This document shows, piece after piece, positions 58,187-64,000 of a DNA stretch of 64,000 bases; the first letter of the stretch is position 1; each line of letters opens with the position of its first letter. A program made the position numbers and the translations under genes. This DNA comes from a virus (lineage: Duplodnaviria > Caudoviricetes): the IMG/VR virus record IMGVR_UViG_3300025372_000001. One strand, 5' to 3'. The notes beneath the pieces were generated by a model that was not told the origin of the DNA, did not search any database, and worked only from the letters and a program-made list of their open reading frames with translations.

Positions 58187-59035
58187 ATGAGATTTAGAAC
58201 CGTTCCCGAATCAAATTATCGATCAATCTTTACCAAAGATGGTAAAACATTAAGGTATAAATTAGATAAAAGTAAACCTTTTGGCCATCTTAAGAATCCT
58301 GACCTAGAAGATATTTCTATAAATTCACGCTGCTATGGCCGTTGCCCGGAATGCTATACTTCTGCTCTGTCCACAGGTAGTAATTTTCCTAATATTGTTG
58401 AACGATTCCGAAATTTCTTTGAACCATTGGAGGAGCATAGACCTTATCAAGTAGCAATTGGAGGAGCAGGAGAACCAACATTACACCCTGATTTTTGTGA
58501 AGTATTAAAGACTTCTAGAGAATTAGATATTATGCCTAACTATACTACTAATGGCATGCATTTAAGTGATAAGATTTTATATGCAACTAAAGAGTATTGT
58601 GGTGGAGTTGCCGTATCTACTCATAAACATCTTAAATGGGGAAAAGCAGTAGAGAAATTATTGAATAAGAAAATTAGAACTAATCTTCATGTTATTGTCG
58701 GAGAAGAAGGTAGTTTTGATTATATGAAAGCATGTTGGGAAACTTTTCCTGAAGTTGAAACGGTTGTTATTCTACCTTATCAAGCACAAGGACGAGGAAA
58801 AGCTATTGATGAGAAAATAAAGGTTGAAGAATGGCAAAAGTGTGCTAAATTGGTTCAAGAGCATAAAGGCTTTAAATTTGCATTTGGTGCATTATTTTAT
58901 CCGTTTATGTTAGAACATCCAGAATTGTTTCCTGATGTTAAAGTTTATGAACCGGAAGTTTTTTCTGGTTATGTTATGTTTGATGAAGAGAAACCGTTTG
59001 TAAGAAAATCTAGTTATAATTTAGAACCGAAATGA
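58187..59035 (+). CDS. Radical SAM enzyme
   Basis: CYGRCPECY (CxxxCxxC), GGAGEPTLH, TTNG. Confidence 0.9.
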   Translation: MRFRTVPESNYRSIFTKDGKTLRYKLDKSKPFGHLKNPDLEDISINSRCYGRCPECYTSALSTGSNFPNIVERFRNFFEPLEEHRPYQVAIGGAGEPTLHPDFCEVLKTSRELDIMPNYTTNGMHLSDKILYATKEYCGGVAVSTHKHLKWGKAVEKLLNKKIRTNLHVIVGEEGSFDYMKACWETFPEVETVVILPYQAQGRGKAIDEKIKVEEWQKCAKLVQEHKGFKFAFGALFYPFMLEHPELFPDVKVYEPEVFSGYVMFDEEKPFVRKSSYNLEPK

Positions 59036-59439
59036 AAAAAGGTGATCCATCTAATCCAAAAGTAGGCGATAGTTTTTACTATATCCCCGTTGGAGCATTA
59101 TTTATTATTCCGATTACTATTGAAGAAGTTTATACTCAAGATGGGTGGGATATTGAATGTTATTGGATTGATGAGCCTGTTGGGCATGCATTGTATGAAG
59201 CATGGGAATGGTATAAAACCTTAGCAGGAGCAAAAAGCGGCTTAAGAGCCAAGAAACGCGAAATCAAAAAACTATTACCTGATAATATTATCAACGATAA
59301 GGTTCATGGCTATTCGTTAACATTGGATATTTGGAGAAATCCCAAAATTGAATTTTTCAGAAAACAACACGAAATATATAAACAAGAAGGAGAGGAAGAA
59401 TTCTCTCTACAATACAAAGAAAAGCCTTTTTACACCTAA
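59032..59439 (+). CDS. Hypothetical protein
   Basis: 135 aa. Confidence 0.7.
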   Translation: MKKGDPSNPKVGDSFYYIPVGALFIIPITIEEVYTQDGWDIECYWIDEPVGHALYEAWEWYKTLAGAKSGLRAKKREIKKLLPDNIINDKVHGYSLTLDIWRNPKIEFFRKQHEIYKQEGEEEFSLQYKEKPFYT

Positions 59440-59440
59440 T

Positions 59441-60046
59441 ATGAAAACTATTTTTATTCCCCAAATCCCTGAAAGCATTACTGATATTACTACTAATAGT
59501 AGTTCTGAAATCTTTGTCATTGGTAAAGATAAAGAAATTGAATTAGTTGATGGTTTGATTGATGAAAAGAAATGGCGTTGGTGGTTTGGTGAAAAGAAAC
59601 GATTTAACAACGTAGATGATGTTAAACATTTGATGAAGCAATATCCACATGCAATTGAAAGTTTATTTGGATTAACTGGTATTCCTGATGATAATCCACA
59701 TTCAAGGTGTTATATCAGCGATAGCGGAGAACTGGTTGAAGAACCTTCTAGGATGTCCCCGGCATTGCGCGCATTAAAGAATGCAAACGAAAAGATTGCT
59801 CAAGACTTCTTTAGAAATAGAGGTAAACGCGGTGATCCTTCTTGGGATGAAGCACATAAGAAATATATGGATTCTTATGACGCAGAACGAGATTTTCTTA
59901 ATCAAGAAATTGATGAATGGATGAATACCCAAAATCTAGAACAATTTGTTGGTGCATTTTATTATGAATGCGGAGAAGACAATGAATTATCTGATTGGGA
60001 AGAAGTACATAACACTATTCCTGGAAATTTTTGTCGATTGAGTTAA
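59441..60046 (+). CDS. Hypothetical protein with N-terminal TNSSSE motif
   Basis: DITTNSSSEIFVI; start moved to MKTIF. Confidence 0.7.
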   Translation: MKTIFIPQIPESITDITTNSSSEIFVIGKDKEIELVDGLIDEKKWRWWFGEKKRFNNVDDVKHLMKQYPHAIESLFGLTGIPDDNPHSRCYISDSGELVEEPSRMSPALRALKNANEKIAQDFFRNRGKRGDPSWDEAHKKYMDSYDAERDFLNQEIDEWMNTQNLEQFVGAFYYECGEDNELSDWEEVHNTIPGNFCRLS

Positions 60047-60062
60047 TTCATAAATAGGTAAA

Positions 60063-61046
60063 ATGGATGATCAATATCTTTTACCTAAATTCAAATTCCA
60101 TGCAGAAGGAGATATTCAAACTCTTTCCGAAATTTATCCATCCCAAATAAGAAGATATAATATTCCTAAAATTTGGGCGACAACACAAGGTAAAGGTGTA
60201 ACTATTGCTGTTCTTGATTCGGGTATTCAATTACATGATGATCTAATTAAGAATATTGATGTTGGTAAATGTAGATCATTCATTGATGGAGAAGACATTT
60301 TTGATAGAGATATTTTCCATGGTACTCATGTAAGTGGAATATTAGCCGCTTGTCTAAACAACTATGGCGTTGTAGGCGTTGCTCCTCAATCTACTATTGT
60401 TTCTATCAAAGTTCTAAATAAGAATGGATTTTCACAGAATAACAGTGTTTTGAAGGGATTAGAATATTGTTTAAGTTTAAAGCCTGATATTATTAATATT
60501 TCATTAGGTGGTTCTGCTCCCATGCCGGAAATTCAACCTATTCTTAAACAATTAATTAAACAGAATATTGTGGTTGTTTGTAGTGCCGGAAATAATGGTG
60601 AGACAGATAAGCCTGATGTAGTCTATCCTGCTCAATATGACGAGTGTATAGCGGTTGGTTCTTGTTCAGATAGTCTGATGCAAGATAGATCATTGTTTTC
60701 GTCTTGGGGCGAGACTATTGATTTCCTTGCTCCTGGGGAGAATATTTTATCGACTTATAGAGATAATGGTTATGGTGTCTTAAGTGGTAGCTCGCAGTCT
60801 GCTCCTTTCCTTTCCGGTTTAATTGCATTAATTATTTCTTATTATAAGAAACAAAATAGAATTATATCAGTTCAAGATATTAGACAATTATTAGTTCAAA
60901 CTGCTGATGATATTGGAGAGAAAGGGTTTGACAAACAGAGTGGTAATGGTATAGTGAATCCTATCAAAGTTTTCTCTAAAATTGATACGAAAGATTTTTC
61001 AATCAAAGAGAGCTTTTGGCAAAAAATTAAAAACATATTTAAATGA
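60063..61046 (+). CDS. Subtilisin-like S8 serine protease
   Basis: VLDSG, HGTHVSG, SAGN, GSSQSAP triad motifs; TAAATA at 60051. Confidence 0.9.
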   Translation: MDDQYLLPKFKFHAEGDIQTLSEIYPSQIRRYNIPKIWATTQGKGVTIAVLDSGIQLHDDLIKNIDVGKCRSFIDGEDIFDRDIFHGTHVSGILAACLNNYGVVGVAPQSTIVSIKVLNKNGFSQNNSVLKGLEYCLSLKPDIINISLGGSAPMPEIQPILKQLIKQNIVVVCSAGNNGETDKPDVVYPAQYDECIAVGSCSDSLMQDRSLFSSWGETIDFLAPGENILSTYRDNGYGVLSGSSQSAPFLSGLIALIISYYKKQNRIISVQDIRQLLVQTADDIGEKGFDKQSGNGIVNPIKVFSKIDTKDFSIKESFWQKIKNIFK

Positions 61047-61294
61047 AAAAGTCAAAACCGAGAAAACCTTTTGATTCCAAGGGTATTGATATTTTAGCAA
61101 TCGGAACCTTTGTCCAAACCAAACAAGGGCAAAGAGGAATCATTACTGATTCGCCTGATCAATATGGACAATATGAAGTGTATTATCGTTATGGACGCGG
61201 TAGTCACACTCTTCGTATCAGAGAAGATATGCGTCCTATTACCAGAGAAGAATTTTTCACTTATCATAAAAACACGGTAATACTGGATTATTAA
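61043..61294 (+). CDS. Hypothetical protein
   Basis: 83 aa. Confidence 0.65.
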   Translation: MKKSKPRKPFDSKGIDILAIGTFVQTKQGQRGIITDSPDQYGQYEVYYRYGRGSHTLRIREDMRPITREEFFTYHKNTVILDY

Positions 61295-61312
61295 TGTCAA
61301 TATCATAATATT

Positions 61313-61591
61313 ATGAATAATTTAAAAGAAATTGAAGAAAAGAAAGAGGATTATTATACTCTAGGGGATTCTTGTTTTTATATTGTCCTTAGTTTTGCTA
61401 TAATCGGAATGGTTTTTATTATTTTAGATTTAGCTCTTTTAGGATATAGTTTTCTATTATTGGAACTATTAGTAGTTGGCATTCAAGCCTTTGCTTTTTA
61501 TCAGACTCAAGTTTGTCGAAACAAATATTGGGATTTGTATAATAAAATTGAAGATGAGAAGCGTTCATTGAAATATTGTGAAGGAAAATGA
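61313..61591 (+). CDS. Membrane protein
   Basis: Two hydrophobic segments. Confidence 0.65.
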   Translation: MNNLKEIEEKKEDYYTLGDSCFYIVLSFAIIGMVFIILDLALLGYSFLLLELLVVGIQAFAFYQTQVCRNKYWDLYNKIEDEKRSLKYCEGK

Positions 61592-61953
61592 AAATTCTTA
61601 AATTAAAAGAAGAAGTTTACAATTCTGGATCATTTAAGCAGTATTGTACGGTTGAATGGGATGAATCATGTAAATCTATTTTAGAACCTTCTGAGGTAAA
61701 AGGAAGATATAAAAAAGCAATATGTGGGTGTTGTGAATGTAATTATGCTCAACAACCTTCTCAAAACGTTGCTATCCGAGATAACGGTTATTGTGATTTT
61801 TGTGCATTGTATCATTTGGGTAAAATACGATATATCGTTAAATTACGAGAAGCAACGGTTGAAGAAATTGAACAAGAATATAACAAACACCCAAACTCTT
61901 CTTCTAAAGAAGTTGGGATTTTGTTAAGAAAAATTAAAGAATTGACTAAATGA
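61588..61953 (+). CDS. Cys-rich hypothetical protein
   Basis: 121 aa. Confidence 0.7.
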   Translation: MKILKLKEEVYNSGSFKQYCTVEWDESCKSILEPSEVKGRYKKAICGCCECNYAQQPSQNVAIRDNGYCDFCALYHLGKIRYIVKLREATVEEIEQEYNKHPNSSSKEVGILLRKIKELTK

Positions 61954-62492
61954 AAAAATACGTTAAATTTACAGGTAATTTCCGAGACTTAAAACCTAAT
62001 GGATGGAGGTTTTGGAAAGCATCTGCACGAAACCATCGTGTTTATACAAAAGAATGTGACGGCGAATATTCACAGAGTTGTTCTATTTGGCAGCATCTAG
62101 GTGGATATATGGAAATTGAAGATTATTATTCTAATTCTTATATTCTTGTAGAAAAAATTGCTAAAGGCGAAATTGATGAGTGGATTACCGATCAATCATG
62201 TATCTTTACTAAAAAACCGGAGAAAATTTGTTGGGTATATTATGATTTACAAGAAAAAACGTTTCATCCATATCACTCAGAAGAATATCGTAATATTAGG
62301 AATTCTAAATGGGATAAGTGGAAAGAATTAGAAGAGAAGAAAATATCAGATGAAGATTATGATAAATGGAATCGTGCTTTCCATGAACGCTATCGGGATC
62401 GTGATTTCGATTTAGAGCTATTTGATATGATCAAAGATTTGGTTGATAAAGGATGGATTGAAGTAGCAGAGGACAATCGTAAACGTAGATAA
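61950..62492 (+). CDS. Hypothetical protein
   Basis: 180 aa. Confidence 0.75.
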   Translation: MKKYVKFTGNFRDLKPNGWRFWKASARNHRVYTKECDGEYSQSCSIWQHLGGYMEIEDYYSNSYILVEKIAKGEIDEWITDQSCIFTKKPEKICWVYYDLQEKTFHPYHSEEYRNIRNSKWDKWKELEEKKISDEDYDKWNRAFHERYRDRDFDLELFDMIKDLVDKGWIEVAEDNRKRR

Positions 62493-62541
62493 TTAATATT
62501 ATGGATTATTTATTCTTATTCAGGAAAGAGATAATAAATTT

Positions 62542-63474
62542 ATGAAAGTATCAGAAGTTTTAGAACTATTTAAAAGCGGGGAGATTTCTCTTGATCTTTG
62601 TGGACATGTATATCGCGATGATCTTAAAGATGAAATTATTAAAAAAACTGACCATCAAATAGCATATGCTAATGGTGCAAATGATAATAAATGGAATAGC
62701 ATTGAAAGAGGCGAAGACCCCGAAAAAGTCAATGCTGATATGCGAAAATTCTATCAATGTAGGCTTGATGATGAAGTAGTTGAAAATGAACATTGTTTTG
62801 GATTATCCGAAATTATCAAAATTCATTGTTTTTGTTGTGGAGAAGATGTTCATCCCACTTTATCGGGAAACATCTTGAAATTTAATTGTTGTTTTACAAG
62901 AAGCGATGATAAAAGTTCTAAATGGCGTTATTACTATGATGCTGATTATAACTGTCCCTTAGAATATGGATTACCTTTAAAAGGAGTAATTAATATTTCG
63001 GAAAAGATGGTTCTTGCCAATTTTATTCCGACAAAGAAAGCAGATTGTCCCGAAGATGAAAACCGATACGATAGCTATTCTTTGAATAATTATTTAGGAA
63101 GAAAGAATATTACTGAATGGAAAGCAAAAGCTCAAAATGTTGCATACGGACAAACAGGTAGTTGTGGAAGTACTACAGTTTGGCTTAATAAAGCCAAAGA
63201 TCATGTAATTATTTCAGAACATTGGTGGGACGAAGAAGATAAGCCTAAAGAATTAGAAGGGTTTAAAGATATTGGAAGTACTGAAGTAGCAGTTTGGAGG
63301 TTTGAAGCCACTGATACTGCTACAACAGATATGGTTGAATGTAAGAAGGTTTGGAAAGAAATGAATCAGGATTATGTGATTGCCAAAGTGAAACCGGGTA
63401 AATGGGAATTTACAACTTATTATGATCAAGAAGGGAAAATCCTTGCGGAATTAAAATTGATGAAAGATAATTAA
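62542..63474 (+). CDS. Hypothetical protein
   Basis: 310 aa. Confidence 0.8.
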   Translation: MKVSEVLELFKSGEISLDLCGHVYRDDLKDEIIKKTDHQIAYANGANDNKWNSIERGEDPEKVNADMRKFYQCRLDDEVVENEHCFGLSEIIKIHCFCCGEDVHPTLSGNILKFNCCFTRSDDKSSKWRYYYDADYNCPLEYGLPLKGVINISEKMVLANFIPTKKADCPEDENRYDSYSLNNYLGRKNITEWKAKAQNVAYGQTGSCGSTTVWLNKAKDHVIISEHWWDEEDKPKELEGFKDIGSTEVAVWRFEATDTATTDMVECKKVWKEMNQDYVIAKVKPGKWEFTTYYDQEGKILAELKLMKDN

Positions 63475-63478
63475 TAAT

Positions 63479-63787
63479 ATGGATTATTTTTTCTTGTACC
63501 TCATTTCTACATCTATCACATTTATTTTATGCCATTCAGAAATCTTAGACATTTTGAAAATTCGACCATTTTTATTCAAATGGGAATTTTTCCGAAAGTT
63601 ACTTAAATGTGCCTTTTGTACTTCGTTTTACGTAGGAATATTTCTTACATTATTGTTTATTCCATTTGGGAAAATGTGGATTTTATTTCCTTTAACGGTT
63701 TGTCCTATTGTTTTTCTTTGGGATAGAATTGTAATCTATCTTGATGAAAGAATTATTGAATTGGAAAATAAAAGGAACGGAAAATAA
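63479..63787 (+). CDS. Small membrane protein with CxxC (DUF1360-like)
   Basis: LLKCAFCTSFYVG plus hydrophobic segments. Confidence 0.6.
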   Translation: MDYFFLYLISTSITFILCHSEILDILKIRPFLFKWEFFRKLLKCAFCTSFYVGIFLTLLFIPFGKMWILFPLTVCPIVFLWDRIVIYLDERIIELENKRNGK

Positions 63788-63824
63788 TGGTTGACAATAA
63801 CTGGATAAGGGCTAATATACTGGC

Positions 63825-64000
63825 ATGAAACTACCTGGAATTTGGACTGAATGGTCACATGATGAAGCACTTGCAGAAATTCAACAACCTCAATGGATGT
63901 TGATTGATGATAGCGGATTCAATTATTGGAATATCAATAATGGTGAATTACTCAAGATTGGTTACAATCAATTTGGGAAATATGTTCATGGTAAAGCATA
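63825..64000 (+). CDS. Partial hypothetical protein (runs off right edge), leaderless
   Basis: TTGACA-16-TAATAT, 6 nt, then ATG MKLPGIWTEW..., open to end. Confidence 0.65.
   Translation, partial: MKLPGIWTEWSHDEALAEIQQPQWMLIDDSGFNYWNINNGELLKIGYNQFGKYVHGKA

Noticed and set aside
1-64000. Stop-codon reassignment
   Set aside because: Long conserved genes are intact in the standard code and end in TAA, TGA or TAG

Overview
AT-rich, gene-dense 64 kb segment of a large T4-like (jumbo) tailed phage, standard genetic code. It carries a gp19-like tail tube, clamp loader, RNase H/FEN, DNA ligase, NrdAB, ThyX, two homing-type endonucleases, recurring TAAATA late-promoter-like boxes and many sigma70 promoters. 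Host-derived genes include IF-1, YqeY, Hsp20, CoaE, an HD-CoaD fusion and the NadM-Nudix + NAMPT NAD+ salvage pair. Standout: a DUF2828/vWA (TROVE/Ro60-like) gene at 40834-42552 is followed by a separately promoted, terminated ~415-nt non-coding unit. It holds five tandem cassettes, each a 7-bp closing stem plus C(A/T/C)GCAAA. The last cassette encloses a circularly permuted tRNA mimic (T arm, acceptor hairpin, D arm) like the bacterial Y RNA YrlA, suggesting a phage Ro60-like protein with a polycistronic Y-RNA-like array. Also notable: a thyX + GIY-YIG cassette abutting a thyA remnant broken at the T4 td intron-site motif, an atypical initiator-like tRNA-Met overlapped by a frameshifted endonuclease gene, and candidate small RNAs near 4.55-4.9 kb. 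All calls come from reading motifs by eye; no searches or folding programs were run.
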